A stretch of DNA of 64,000 bases from Ostreococcus lucimarinus. Lineage: Eukaryota. Location of the stretch: the NCBI GenBank assembly GCA_000092065.1, contig CP000587.1; one strand, written 5' to 3'. How positions within the stretch are numbered: position 1 is the stretch's first letter; every line of letters begins with the position of its first letter. The position numbers and the translations under genes are program-made. Below, piece by piece: positions 19,591 through 29,972 of this stretch. Below the pieces are notes generated by a model. That model was not told where the DNA came from and did no database searches. It saw only the letters and a list, made by a program, of their open reading frames with translations.

Positions 19591-19694
19591 ATCCTACGAC
19601 TTAGACCATTCGTTTAGTCTCAGTAGTCGACAACGAGGATGATAAACATACATGCGTCATGTCTTCCGAATAACACTCATCTGTTGTAACAATC

Positions 19695-19699
19695 TGTAA
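19695..19699 (+). promoter_or_regulatory. TGTAA motif (green-algal-type polyadenylation signal candidate) about 105 nt after the LHC stop
   Basis: caatctgtaaaatg lies in the AT-rich convergent intergenic region. The same pentamer follows the stops of six other genes. Confidence 0.3.
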
Positions 19700-19744
19700 A
19701 ATGATGCAGTTTAATTAATTATTGCATACGCGCACTGTGGCTAT

Positions 19745-22700
19745 CTAATTGTTCGATGCATCTCTCAACACTCGGCGTCGTTTCGCCACACGGGCCGCGA
19801 GCGGCGCCTCAGACATTTTCTTGGCGCGCGTTTGTCGTCGCTGGCTCAACGCCACCGGCGCCGGGGCCGCGTGTTTTGTCACCTTCTTCGGCGCGGCTTC
19901 TGTTGCCTTCGCTGGGGGCGCGACCGCCACAGCTGGTTTTTTCCGCGCAGACACTTTTGCGGGAGGCGCGATCGTTGATTTTTCGACGATCGGCTTCTTC
20001 GTACTAAACTTCTTCGTCGTTTTGCCGCGAAGAGCGAGCACTTTTTCGAGCGCCGCCCCTGTGGGCAAGGACTTTCTTCCGAACAACAAGTGCGCATCCA
20101 ACGCCGTTTCGGGCGTGGACACCCACGACTTGAAGAACTCGGGAGACACGACGACGACGTCACCGCCGCATTCGAGAAGTGGTTCGAGACGAGGGACAGC
20201 CGCCGGCGACGATGCGTCGACTTGATCAGAGACGACGAAGTCGGCGACGTCGGCTTGAGTAAGACAAACGTCGCCTTTGGACGACACTGAAGATAGTGAA
20301 GCGCCACCAGCTCGCAAAACTGTGTCGAGCATTTTCTGCTCGAGTTTGGCGCTCGGGGCAAATGGTAAAATTGCGATGGAAAGCCCGTCGAACGCGCTCG
20401 CGCCCGGGACGTTGGACCAGTGCGCCGCGGCGTCGCTCGAGATCACACCCATCTCGGCGCCGCGACCTCCACGCCAAATGTATTTGGCAGTCACCGGCAA
20501 CACTTCGCCAGCGGACGCGCACGCGTCCAAATAAGAAATATCAAGTAGAGAAGCACCGGAGACCGCACCAGCGAGGAATTTAATTGAACGACTCCCGCGC
20601 TCGCCGAAGACAACGTGCGTTGTCGACGGTTCCCATTCGTGGCCGGGGCACAACACTGCGCCAATTCGACGAACAATGGAGGAATACTTCTTGATTCCGG
20701 CGGAGCTAAAGCCACTGAGCGTGATATGCGCTTTCGGATTCGTCACGAGGACAGCTTCGGCGGCGCGCGTCGACACTTTGGGCGTAGTCTTTTTCACTTT
20801 CGCGGTCTTCTTTGGCTTCGCCGCAGGTACGGGTTTCTGCCTGGACGTCGATGCTTCCACGGCCGTGGTGCGTGTGCGGGTCGGTCGAGCCTCTGGTGTC
20901 GCTCTCCTCGCCTGTCTTTCCGCCAGCGAAGTTGCGCGTGCTTCTTCTGCGATCTCGACATCGGCTGGAGCCGCCGCCGACACCGCCGCCGCCGCAGGCT
21001 CGCTCACGTCGGCTTCTCCCATCTCGAGTTGATGCGGCAACTCTTCCCCTTCCTCCTGCCTTTTCTCTTCGCGCGCTATTTCTTCTTCCTCCTCCTCCTC
21101 CTGTTCTTCGTTTTCTTCTTCTTCCAACTCCAATTGAGATAGCGGATGCTGACTCAGCGGAGCTTGCTGAGTTGGATCCGGTTCAGTCGGGCCGGCGAGC
21201 AGCTCGTACAATCCAGCGAGAACATCTCTCAACGACCTTTGTACTTCTTTGAGCAAAATACCTCGAAGATTTCCGGGCGCTCTAGCGGGAAGAGTGATAA
21301 TCGTATCTGCATTGACGAGGGTACCATCTCCATTGAAAAGTTGCGCCTGGTCGGTCTCTGAAAAGTTGTGAGCAAGTGCCAAGTAGGCGAGGAACGTCTT
21401 CAAGAGAGCATTCGGCCCTGGCTTGATTTGTTCGCCTTCCCTCACAGGCTGTTTCGCCGTCTCTACGCGTAACATTGCATGGATCAGCGAGCCAAGCGGC
21501 CCTTGTTGCTGCTGCATCTCCAACGTGTCCACAAGCTGCACTATCTCTTCGCAATATTCGCGATGAAGCTCGGACACCAAGACCACAGTGCCGCTGTACA
21601 ACGTTTGAATAATCAAGCCGCTCCCCGGACGTACCACCTCCTCTTCGCGAGCTTCTGAAATCCCCATGTCGAATACGTCGAAACGTGTTTCACCAGCCTT
21701 GATCCGACGCATCTTTTCTTCCGTATCGCCCGAGCTTCGCTGACCTCGTGCGACGAGAGCGTAAAAGTCATCCAGAGTCGTCATATCCGTCAACGGTTCC
21801 TGGTCGGCGTCGTCAAAGAAGCTAAACCACGCGTTTGCAGGCGCGAATCGTCCACCGAAAGCCATTTCCACGTCATTCGGGCTCCCAATCAGACCCGTAA
21901 ACACCGCTTCCGGTTGGCTCGTGCCCTCTTGCAAAGCTCTCTGAATGCTCGGGTCGATTCTGTTCCGAGCGCTCCTCGCCACGTGCGCGCCTCGCTTCAC
22001 CTCTTCTTCCCAGTCAGGCGATCGGAACGAAAGTTTTTGAGAGCTTCGTGATTTTGACGCAGACTTACTGCGATCACTTCTTACGGTAGAGGGTGTTTTC
22101 TTCGTGACGGTCGACGGCGCGCCTTGCGACGCGCCGGCGACGGCGAGCAACGTGTTCGCGTCGCTCGTGGATTTCCATTTCTTCGCACTCGTCGTGCCGT
22201 CGACAAGGCTGTCTGGGATGACGGATACTTCATTTGCCACATCTTCAACCTCATCCTCGCTATCCGGAACCACGCCCTGCGCCGCTAATTCATCTTCCTC
22301 CTTCCCGCTCCGGCTCGCGTACGACGCCTCGTTGGCTCGCGTCCACGTTCTGATGGAATCCTCCAACCATCGATGATTCACGATGTACGCGCTTCCGATG
22401 TCGCGTGCGCGCTCCCATTTCGCACCCGCGAACTCGTACGTCACCAGATGCGTCACCGAACGATCGAAAGCCTTTTGAAACTTCCCCCCCAGCACCCTCG
22501 TCATCGTCTCCACGTCTCGCCTTCGCGCCCCCGCGTATCCGGTCACGCACACCACGCAATCCCGCATCTCCTTCACCCCCTCCATCGTCTCCGGCGGCCT
22601 ATAAAGCACATTCTCATCCACGCTCAACACTCGTTTCGCGTGCACACACGCGCGCACCCACTCAGGATGCGCCGTCTCCGCGCCTCTCGCCCTCGCCCGC

Positions 22701-22918
22701 GTCGCCGTCGTCCCGCGCGCGCTCGCCAGCAACGCGTGCGTCACCCCTCCGTCCTCGACGTTCGCCCGCACCCGTCCACCGTGATGCACGACGAGTTTTT
22801 CGATCTCTCGTATCCTCTCCTCGTCCAGCGCCTCGCGCAGGCCCTCGCGCGCGCACACGACGACGTCGCGCAGGAACGGTTCACCGAGCTCGACGACCAA
22901 GCTCGGTTGGCTCGCCAT
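19745..22918 (-). CDS. BRCT-repeat protein with 2 N-terminal and 2 C-terminal BRCT domains (TopBP1/Dpb11-like DNA damage or replication scaffold)
   Basis: ORF 1057 aa with ATG at 22918. The BRCT folds are at aa 1-120, aa 125-215 (CVVCVTGYAG...SVTHLVTYEF...YIVNHRWLEDS), aa 735-830 (HITLSGF...THVVFGE...ISYLDACASAG) and aa 850-950. The acidic poly-E middle region is low complexity. Confidence 0.6.
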   Translation of the reverse strand: MASQPSLVVELGEPFLRDVVVCAREGLREALDEERIREIEKLVVHHGGRVRANVEDGGVTHALLASARGTTATRARARGAETAHPEWVRACVHAKRVLSVDENVLYRPPETMEGVKEMRDCVVCVTGYAGARRRDVETMTRVLGGKFQKAFDRSVTHLVTYEFAGAKWERARDIGSAYIVNHRWLEDSIRTWTRANEASYASRSGKEEDELAAQGVVPDSEDEVEDVANEVSVIPDSLVDGTTSAKKWKSTSDANTLLAVAGASQGAPSTVTKKTPSTVRSDRSKSASKSRSSQKLSFRSPDWEEEVKRGAHVARSARNRIDPSIQRALQEGTSQPEAVFTGLIGSPNDVEMAFGGRFAPANAWFSFFDDADQEPLTDMTTLDDFYALVARGQRSSGDTEEKMRRIKAGETRFDVFDMGISEAREEEVVRPGSGLIIQTLYSGTVVLVSELHREYCEEIVQLVDTLEMQQQQGPLGSLIHAMLRVETAKQPVREGEQIKPGPNALLKTFLAYLALAHNFSETDQAQLFNGDGTLVNADTIITLPARAPGNLRGILLKEVQRSLRDVLAGLYELLAGPTEPDPTQQAPLSQHPLSQLELEEEENEEQEEEEEEEIAREEKRQEEGEELPHQLEMGEADVSEPAAAAVSAAAPADVEIAEEARATSLAERQARRATPEARPTRTRTTAVEASTSRQKPVPAAKPKKTAKVKKTTPKVSTRAAEAVLVTNPKAHITLSGFSSAGIKKYSSIVRRIGAVLCPGHEWEPSTTHVVFGERGSRSIKFLAGAVSGASLLDISYLDACASAGEVLPVTAKYIWRGGRGAEMGVISSDAAAHWSNVPGASAFDGLSIAILPFAPSAKLEQKMLDTVLRAGGASLSSVSSKGDVCLTQADVADFVVSDQVDASSPAAVPRLEPLLECGGDVVVVSPEFFKSWVSTPETALDAHLLFGRKSLPTGAALEKVLALRGKTTKKFSTKKPIVEKSTIAPPAKVSARKKPAVAVAPPAKATEAAPKKVTKHAAPAPVALSQRRQTRAKKMSEAPLAARVAKRRRVLRDASNN

Positions 22919-23429
22919 CGCGCGCGCCCGCGTCGCCGCGCGTCGCTCGCGCGCGTTTATCTCTCGCGCGTCGCGTCGAGACGTCGCGCTCGCGCGCGTC
23001 GCTCGCGCGGCGTCGCGCTCTCGCGTCGCGGCGTCGCGGGCGGAATTTGAATTCGCGTATCCGAATGTCCGAATACCGCACGCGCAGAATTTAATGCCTG
23101 TTTACCCATACACCACGCATCGTGAGCCAGTCACGCGCGCGCCTGGATTTAATGGACCTCCGACTGTTTGCGCACGCGCGCGCGCGCGCGCCCCGCGCGG
23201 GACGTCGGGACAACCGCCGCGTCGGCCGATCGCCGCACATCGACGCGCGACGCGCGAACGAGCGACGTCGGCGCGCGCGCGCGAGGACCGCGCGCGACGA
23301 ATCGACGCGCCCGAGCGACGGTAGACGTCGAACGAGACGCGCGCGGAACGACGACGCGCGCATTCCTTTGACGCGGGAAGAGGACGTTTTTGAAATTTAA
23401 ACGCGGCGCGACGCGGCGACGGCGGCGCG

Positions 23430-24950
23430 ATGAGCGAGAACGACATGGCGGTCGCGAACGCGCCGGTGGACGCGTCGTGCGCGAAGAGTGCGATCGAGGG
23501 CGCGAGCGGCGACGCGCGAGCGGCGGCGGCGGTGCCGGCGTGGATGGCGGATGACGACGACGACGGGTTGACGGAGGAACAGCGAAGGGTGATCGCGGAG
23601 CGGGTGGCGGCGTTGCAGAATCGATTTAAGAAGTTTGAGGAGAAAACGACGCGGGAGAAGGTGGAGGAATTGATGCTCGGGAACGCGGATAAGGGGTTGA
23701 CGGAACGAGAGGCGGACATGGTGCTGAGAGTGTGTAACGGGAACGAGTTCGAGGCGAGCGACCGCCTCGGCGAGGCGGAGGATGGGGAATCGTTTTTGAT
23801 GTCTATTCGGTTCATGATTCAGGAAGAGGACGCGCTGAAACGACGTTCGCAGAGCTCAAAAGCGGCACAGACGGCGAACGAGCGGTTTAACAAGCGCATC
23901 GAGCGCTTGCGTAAGCGTCGGATGTCGTTCGGCGGCGACGAAGAGGACGAGGAAGACGCGGGCGAGCCGGAGGAGTTCTTCGAGACGGAGTACATTTTAG
24001 AAGAGAGTCTCGGCGTACAATTCGTGCGTCACACGAAGAAGCACGTGAATGTGAAACGTTTGCGTCTAGACGACGCCATCGCGCGCGCGCAAGTGGCGGA
24101 AGAGCTCGCGGAGCCGGAGGTCAACCCGTACGAAGGATGGTCCGAGGCGCGTATCAAGGCGTGGAAGAATCGCGAAAAGAATGAAAATCAATACTATTAT
24201 CGATTCAACGAACCGGGAGAGATGCAAGCGAACGGGAAATGGACGGACGAAGAACACCAAAAGTTCATGGATATCATCGCCTCTCTTCCTGGCGGCAAGG
24301 CGAACTACGAATGGGGCACGTTTTCCAAAGGTATCCCAGGCCGCGTCGGTTACCAGTGCTCGAATTATTACCGAACCTTGGTCAAAAACAATATCATCCA
24401 AGACGAAAACTATATGGTGGACCCGGTGTCGGGTGACCTGCGATTCAACTTCAAGAACAAGGGCTTCACGCGCGCCGAACCCGTCGAGGGTGAACCGCGC
24501 ATGGTCATGGTTAAGAAGGTCATCAAGCAGAAGAAACCGAAGGCCCCGAAGCAGCCGAAGAAGGCGAAGAAGAAGGTGAAGAAATCGGACGACAAGGCGT
24601 TCCACTGCACCATCAGAGCGGGTCCCGTGCGTTCGAGCGGTCGAGCGACTAAGAAGACGTACACCGACGGCGGCGACGACGACGAGGATTTCGACGATGA
24701 ATTCGAGGAACTTCCAGTACTCCCGGGATTCATCGATCCCATCACTCGCATGGCCATCGAAGAACCGGCGATTTCGCCGTACGGCCACGTCGCAGGTTAC
24801 GAGACGTGGTGCAAGATTCTTCGCCAACCCGAGGCACCGGACACGTGTCCGTTCACGAAGCAACCGTTAAAACGTCGCGAGCTGATCAAGCTCACGCACG
24901 AAAACATCGACCAATACCGCTCGAAGATCGTCGAAAACCAACAGACGTAG
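23430..24950 (+). CDS. SANT/Myb-like domain protein with a C-terminal U-box-like domain and a basic NLS stretch
   Basis: ATG at 23430. The Myb/SANT region is KWTDEEHQKFMDIIASLPGGKANYEWGTFSKGIPGRVGYQCSNYYRTL. The U-box consensus without zinc ligands is DPITRMAIEEPAISPYGHVAGYETWCKIL...TCPFTKQPLKRRELIKL (compare CPITxELMxDPVI...TCPxTxQPL). A K-rich linker lies between the two. Confidence 0.6.
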   Translation: MSENDMAVANAPVDASCAKSAIEGASGDARAAAAVPAWMADDDDDGLTEEQRRVIAERVAALQNRFKKFEEKTTREKVEELMLGNADKGLTEREADMVLRVCNGNEFEASDRLGEAEDGESFLMSIRFMIQEEDALKRRSQSSKAAQTANERFNKRIERLRKRRMSFGGDEEDEEDAGEPEEFFETEYILEESLGVQFVRHTKKHVNVKRLRLDDAIARAQVAEELAEPEVNPYEGWSEARIKAWKNREKNENQYYYRFNEPGEMQANGKWTDEEHQKFMDIIASLPGGKANYEWGTFSKGIPGRVGYQCSNYYRTLVKNNIIQDENYMVDPVSGDLRFNFKNKGFTRAEPVEGEPRMVMVKKVIKQKKPKAPKQPKKAKKKVKKSDDKAFHCTIRAGPVRSSGRATKKTYTDGGDDDEDFDDEFEELPVLPGFIDPITRMAIEEPAISPYGHVAGYETWCKILRQPEAPDTCPFTKQPLKRRELIKLTHENIDQYRSKIVENQQT

Positions 24951-25002
24951 ATTCCTCACCTTGTGATGAATACCTTTTGTACCTCACTTCCGTCCGCTCG
25001 CC

Positions 25003-25305
25003 ATGGCATCATCCCGCGCCGCCGCGCCCCCGAGTGGAGAAAACGCGCAAGTGCGCCATCTCGGGCGCGGCAACCGCGTGCGCACGCCTACGCATCCGAC
25101 GAAGGGCGACTATTTGAGCATCAAGACCGAAGAAGTCATCTTCGGCATCTTGTTCGCGTTCATGGCGTGGAAACTGTGGCAGAGCGTGCGCGGTTTATTT
25201 AGATACTGGAAGTACGTGCGCGCGCCGAACGCGCCGGAGACAGAGCTCGAGGCAGGGGCGATCGCGTTCGAGGAAGATGACGATGAGAACGAAAAGATTG
25301 ATTGA
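25003..25305 (+). CDS. Hypothetical small single-pass membrane protein
   Basis: ORF 100 aa with ATG at 25003. It has one hydrophobic helix (VIFGILFAFMAWKLWQSV) and moderate GC3. It lies between two convergent genes. Confidence 0.25.
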   Translation: MASSRAAAPPSGENAQVRHLGRGNRVRTPTHPTKGDYLSIKTEEVIFGILFAFMAWKLWQSVRGLFRYWKYVRAPNAPETELEAGAIAFEEDDDENEKID

Positions 25306-25378
25306 TTGATGGAGCGGGAAGGGTGGGACGGGACGTCGCGTAGGAATTAGTGTGTTGTAGTGTATCTATCGGTTCGGT

Positions 25379-25383
25379 TTACA
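25379..25383 (-). promoter_or_regulatory. TGTAA motif (minus strand) immediately after the SMC6 stop
   Basis: Plus-strand ggtttacaaattt reads taaatttgtaaacc on the minus strand. Confidence 0.25.
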
Positions 25384-25386
25384 AAT

Positions 25387-28300
25387 TTAAGACGGACGAG
25401 CGGCGATCATCTTTTGCACTTTGACGTCTGGGTCGTCGGCGTTGATGGCGCTCAAATCCTGCGGCGTGATGAACAAAAACTGTTTGTTTGAGTGATTGTC
25501 GCTTCTCGCAAATTCAAGAAGCGTCTTCATAGATATTCTACGGTTCACGGCATCCATGAATACGTCGAACTCATCCATCGCTCGGAAAGGCGAGTCAGAT
25601 TCATCGCCAAGCGCGAGGTTGAACGCGAGCGTGGAATACGATCGTTCACCACCACTCAAGGCGCGAGTGTCTGTGATAGCTCTCGTGTTCGTGCCATCCT
25701 TGAGCTTGATGATCAACTGCGATTCCTCGTAGTTGACTTCAATTTGACCCGCTTGCCCTTTCGCTTGCATATGATAGTTGAATCTGTGCGATACGTTGGC
25801 GGCGGTCTGGCGCGCTTGTGTTACCATCGTCTCCCGGCGCTTTCTGACGCCCACTCTGAGCTTTTGGAAAATCTTCTTTGAGCTCTCCACACCGTGTTCG
25901 AGTTTGATGAGCTTTCGCTTTCGGTCCGATAATTCATCGTTCACTTCTTCGTATGGTCTCTTGTGTCGACTCTCTTCCTTCTTCATCGATTCTTTCGTCT
26001 TTTCGTACAAGCGTTGCAGCTGTGTCGGTAACAAAGTGATATCGCCTGCGTGCTCTGCGACTTCGCGGTCACAAATTTCTTTCTTCGTTTTGTCGGCCAG
26101 CTCTTCGCATTCCGTCTTCATCGCCTGTATACTAGTTTCGCAGTCTTCGATGAGATTATCTGCTTGTTGAAGCCGCTCCACGCAAGTTTCAACTTGTTTC
26201 TCTGCCTTTTGACGTTCCGAATCAATCTTCTGCATTGCTTTGGCGTATTGCTCCACTTCTGCCTTGTACGAATCGGCGAGTGAGAGTTTCTCATTGATGA
26301 CGTTCTCTGCAATATCATGTGCCTCTTTAGCTTGCGTGAAAGCGAATTCGGCTTCTTTAAGACTACTTTGATGCTTGGATAAGTCGACATTGAGGCTGTC
26401 GAGCTCCTCCTGGAGCGTACTCACGTCAACCCCAGTGCCGCTCGAGTCTTCGGCGTCAAGTTTCGCTTGCTGCAAATCACTGAACGCCTTCTGAGCGTTC
26501 TTATTGAGAGTACTGAATTCAGCTTCTTTTTTCTTGATCATATTCGCAATGTCCTTGACGGCTCGCATGCACGCAGCCTCGTCGTTGCTGAGCAATTTGA
26601 TTTCAGATTGCTTTTCCTTGACTCGATTTTCCATCGACGCAATCTGCGCTTTCGGATCCGTTCCGAGTCGTTGTGCTTGATTGTAGCTTTTGAAGGCTTC
26701 ATCTCGCACGACTTGACCTGTCATGAAGATTTTACGATGGAAAGTATACGCCACCGCGACTTGCTTTTGTTTCGCGGCGCCGGAATAGAACATGCCTCTC
26801 GCCTCGCGTTCGTCTTTCATGAGCACGGCTCGTTCGATGCCGGCGCTATCGACGAGGAAGTTGAAAACCACGTCGTGTTTGCATTCCAGGACACTTTCGA
26901 TGGACGTGAATTCGGTTTGATTGGGTACCTTTTCAACAGGGATGTTGTATCTTCCACGGTTGAAGTCGACGCTTTGAATGCTTAAATTGTTCATGCCACA
27001 TTCTTTGCTGATTTGGCGCAGCTTATCCATGTCTTTCGGGCTTGAGACCAAAAATGTCGTCATAGATTGACCGAGAGCTTCTTCAACCGGAACAATCCAA
27101 CTTTGATCTTTGAGAGTGACGTGCATACCGACGGGTCCAATTGGAGGCTTGGAAAACTCACCCAGTCGCCTTTGCACCGTGTCGACGAGTCGTGGCATTT
27201 GCTGTCCGAAAAGCACCAACCTGTTGCTTGACGTCTGCTTCAGAGTGGAGATATGCTTGCGAATGTCGTTGATCTCATTCTCAGCAAACTTCTTTTGTCG
27301 CGCGAAGTTACTCTGTGCTCGCTGTTTGTCTTCCTGTCCGGCCTTCAATTTCTCTATATCGCCCGAGCACGTCTCAATCTCAGCCTTGGCAGCCACGAGG
27401 TTCGAGCTCAGTTTTTGCAATCGCCTATCAGTCTCTGTCGTGTCGCCTCGCTGCGCCTCCAACGACCGTTGAATCTTTGACTCCGTGTCGGACACGCGCT
27501 TCGAAAGCTTCCGCACGCTCGTTTCCTCGCTCAGTTTATCCGTCTCGGCCTTTTGCAATTGTCGCCCCGCTTCTCTACGCTCATTCTCAGCCTGACGACG
27601 CTCCGCGCTAAGCTCTTGAAGCTTTCTACTGAAATCTTCTGACTGTCGCCCAAACTCTTCGTTGTCTATGGCCGCCTTTTCGAGCGTCGCTTGCGCGGTG
27701 CCAAGTTTGGCTTGAAGTTCCCCTCTCTTCTGCACATACACCTGTTGTGCCTCCTTTTCTTCTTCCAACTTCTTTTCCGCCTCGACCACCTTCGACCACG
27801 CCAGACGATTCCTAAAATCGATCGCCTTCGATCGTAGCTCTTGCACGCGCTCAAACGAATGGAGCTCGTGCGTCAATTCTGCCACTTCCTCTCTAAGTTT
27901 TGGAATCGTTTCCAAGTGCTCGTTCAGCACGTCCTTCATCTCGTTTGACTTATTCTTTGCAATCTCTTGCAGCTCCATCAAATCCGACAACAGCGTCGCA
28001 TCGATGAAAAACTGATACTTCTTAGTCGCATCACCGGTGTGCAAGAACTTCTTCGCCATGTCCTGCGTCATCACCGTGATGGGATTATCGACGTCGATGC
28101 AAAAGTGGTCCGCGAGCTTATTCAACTCGTCCACCCGCGTCCCGACCGTTTCCCCGCTCTCGCTCTTAATCTTCAGCGAATTCGCCCCCGTCGCGTTCAA
28201 CACCTTCTCAACCGTGATCGATCGTCCGAACACATCCGGTTTAAACGCATCCTCTCCATCGTTCGAGATCACGACGACGACGCGCGCGAAGCTCGCCCCC

Positions 28301-28569
28301 GTCTTGATCATCCCTTTCGCGCTCTTCGTGCTCGACCGTCCGATGGATTTCATCTTCGCCCCGAGCGCGACCGCCAACGCGGTCAAAATCGCGCTCTTCC
28401 CGCTCCCGTTCTCGCCCGTGACGTAATTGATTCGCGGTCCGAGCTCAACCTTTGCGTTCGCGTGGCACATGAAGTTGTGCATGGTGACGCGAACGAACGC
28501 CCCGGCGACGCCTGGGAAGTGCGTCGGGGGCTTCGTTTCGGCGCCCTTGCGCTCCGTCTTCGCCACCAT
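25387..28569 (-). CDS. SMC6: Structural maintenance of chromosomes protein 6 (SMC6)
   Basis: ORF 1060 aa with ATG at 28569. It has the N-terminal Walker A head (FMCHANAKVELGPRINYVTGENGSGKSAILTALAVALG), long coiled coils, a hinge, and a C-terminal signature and Walker B head (ALSGGERSYSTLAFNLALG...MDEFDVFMD). SMC6-specific spacing. Confidence 0.85.
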   Translation of the reverse strand: MVAKTERKGAETKPPTHFPGVAGAFVRVTMHNFMCHANAKVELGPRINYVTGENGSGKSAILTALAVALGAKMKSIGRSSTKSAKGMIKTGASFARVVVVISNDGEDAFKPDVFGRSITVEKVLNATGANSLKIKSESGETVGTRVDELNKLADHFCIDVDNPITVMTQDMAKKFLHTGDATKKYQFFIDATLLSDLMELQEIAKNKSNEMKDVLNEHLETIPKLREEVAELTHELHSFERVQELRSKAIDFRNRLAWSKVVEAEKKLEEEKEAQQVYVQKRGELQAKLGTAQATLEKAAIDNEEFGRQSEDFSRKLQELSAERRQAENERREAGRQLQKAETDKLSEETSVRKLSKRVSDTESKIQRSLEAQRGDTTETDRRLQKLSSNLVAAKAEIETCSGDIEKLKAGQEDKQRAQSNFARQKKFAENEINDIRKHISTLKQTSSNRLVLFGQQMPRLVDTVQRRLGEFSKPPIGPVGMHVTLKDQSWIVPVEEALGQSMTTFLVSSPKDMDKLRQISKECGMNNLSIQSVDFNRGRYNIPVEKVPNQTEFTSIESVLECKHDVVFNFLVDSAGIERAVLMKDEREARGMFYSGAAKQKQVAVAYTFHRKIFMTGQVVRDEAFKSYNQAQRLGTDPKAQIASMENRVKEKQSEIKLLSNDEAACMRAVKDIANMIKKKEAEFSTLNKNAQKAFSDLQQAKLDAEDSSGTGVDVSTLQEELDSLNVDLSKHQSSLKEAEFAFTQAKEAHDIAENVINEKLSLADSYKAEVEQYAKAMQKIDSERQKAEKQVETCVERLQQADNLIEDCETSIQAMKTECEELADKTKKEICDREVAEHAGDITLLPTQLQRLYEKTKESMKKEESRHKRPYEEVNDELSDRKRKLIKLEHGVESSKKIFQKLRVGVRKRRETMVTQARQTAANVSHRFNYHMQAKGQAGQIEVNYEESQLIIKLKDGTNTRAITDTRALSGGERSYSTLAFNLALGDESDSPFRAMDEFDVFMDAVNRRISMKTLLEFARSDNHSNKQFLFITPQDLSAINADDPDVKVQKMIAARPS

Positions 28570-28694
28570 CGCGCTTCTCTTCGCTCGCGTCGCGTCTCAC
28601 GACGTTCGCGGCGCCGCGCGCGGCGCGATGGCGTCGTCCGTCGCCGGCTGTCGAAATTTGAATCGCGTCGACGCGCGCCGCACACGGCGTCGCG
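28570..28694. promoter_or_regulatory. Divergent promoter region between SMC6 (minus) and the CDP-alcohol phosphotransferase (plus), 125 bp
   Basis: Head-to-head ATG codons at 28569 and 28695. Confidence 0.35.
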
Positions 28695-29924
28695 ATGCTC
28701 GATTACGTGCGGCGCTCGCGCTTGCACCTCGTCACCGGCGGACACGACGCCGCGGAGGAGACGCCGTGCGCGCACTGCGCGCGCGGGCGCCACGTCGGCG
28801 CGAACGCGCGACGGTGCGCGCAGGTGCGCGCGTACGCGTACTCGAGCCCGAACCTGTCGCTGTGCGAACGACTGTTCCTGAACGCGTTCTGGGACGGCGC
28901 GGTGCGGCGATCGTGCCCGACGTGGATCGCGCCGAACCTCATGACCGCGCTCGGGCTGCTCGCGATCGCGGTGGCGTACGCGCTGATTTGGACGCTGAGC
29001 CCGAATTTAGCCTTCGAGGCGCCGCGGTGGACGTACGCGGCGTGCGCGGCGTTGGCGTTCGCGTATCAAACCGCGGATGGGATGGATGGGAAACAGGCGC
29101 GAAGGACGAAATCTGGATCGCCGTTGGGTGAGGTGGTGGATCACGCGTGCGACGCGCTGTCGATGTGCATTTATCCGTTGATAGTGATGGATATCTTTGG
29201 CGTCGGGCATCGCTCGCGAGACGCTCGGGCGATTTGTACGACTATGATGATGACGGGAAGGGCGATGTTTGTGGTCGATACCGTGTCGTCGACGTTTACC
29301 GGGGTGTTACCCGTGAGCGAATTTTTGGATTCGCAGGAGATTCAGCTCATTTGTCAGACGTTGATGCTTTGCGTGGCGTTTTCGGGATCGAACGCGTTCT
29401 TGTACGCGCCGGTCACCGTCCCGTTCGTGGGCGCAACCACGCTCGGACGCGCGGGCGCGGTGTTTTGCATCACCACGGGCGCGATCTCGCGCGTGGGGAC
29501 GTTCGTTAACACCGTGCTGAAAGCGAACAAAAAAGAGGCGCCGCCACATTGGCCGGCGTATAGGAAGCCGCTTAGCATCGCGGCGAGGTGCGCTCTCGTT
29601 GAAGCGTTTCACGGACTTTGCCTGTACAAGGCGAAGAATTTCGCGTACGCGCACGCGACGAGCTCTATCTTATTCGGCGAGTCGGAAGCGCGCATCATGA
29701 GCATTCGCGTGTCCGATCCCGACTTCCCAGTCACGAACTGGTTAGCTTTGTTCATCATGGCGCTCACGACTGTCGTTCCCGAGGGCGACGCCTTCGTGAG
29801 CGGCATGCTCATGGGCGCCGCCCTCTTCATGCTGCTTCATCGAGGGTCGTGTTTGGCGGCGCAAATCACGGGATGCTTAGGCATGCATCCAAACATTTTT
29901 ATCATCAGGCCGAGAGATGCATAG
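28695..29924 (+). CDS. CDP-alcohol phosphotransferase (choline/ethanolamine phosphotransferase, AAPT/EPT type)
   Basis: ATG at 28695. YAYSSPNLSLCERLFLNAFWDGAVRRSCPTWIAPNLMTALG aligns to the AAPT N-terminus. The CDP-alcohol motif is DGMDGKQARRTKSGSPLGEVVDHACD, and multiple TM helices follow. Confidence 0.85.
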   Translation: MLDYVRRSRLHLVTGGHDAAEETPCAHCARGRHVGANARRCAQVRAYAYSSPNLSLCERLFLNAFWDGAVRRSCPTWIAPNLMTALGLLAIAVAYALIWTLSPNLAFEAPRWTYAACAALAFAYQTADGMDGKQARRTKSGSPLGEVVDHACDALSMCIYPLIVMDIFGVGHRSRDARAICTTMMMTGRAMFVVDTVSSTFTGVLPVSEFLDSQEIQLICQTLMLCVAFSGSNAFLYAPVTVPFVGATTLGRAGAVFCITTGAISRVGTFVNTVLKANKKEAPPHWPAYRKPLSIAARCALVEAFHGLCLYKAKNFAYAHATSSILFGESEARIMSIRVSDPDFPVTNWLALFIMALTTVVPEGDAFVSGMLMGAALFMLLHRGSCLAAQITGCLGMHPNIFIIRPRDA

Positions 29925-29972
29925 CTTTGTAGATGAATCGAATTCGATTAATTAAAACTTTGTCGCGTTAAA

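Noticed and set aside
19749-21252. Several plus-strand ORFs (19749..20225, 20615..21142 and others) antisense to the BRCT gene
   Set aside because: The minus-strand frame contains four BRCT folds. The plus-strand translations are low complexity.
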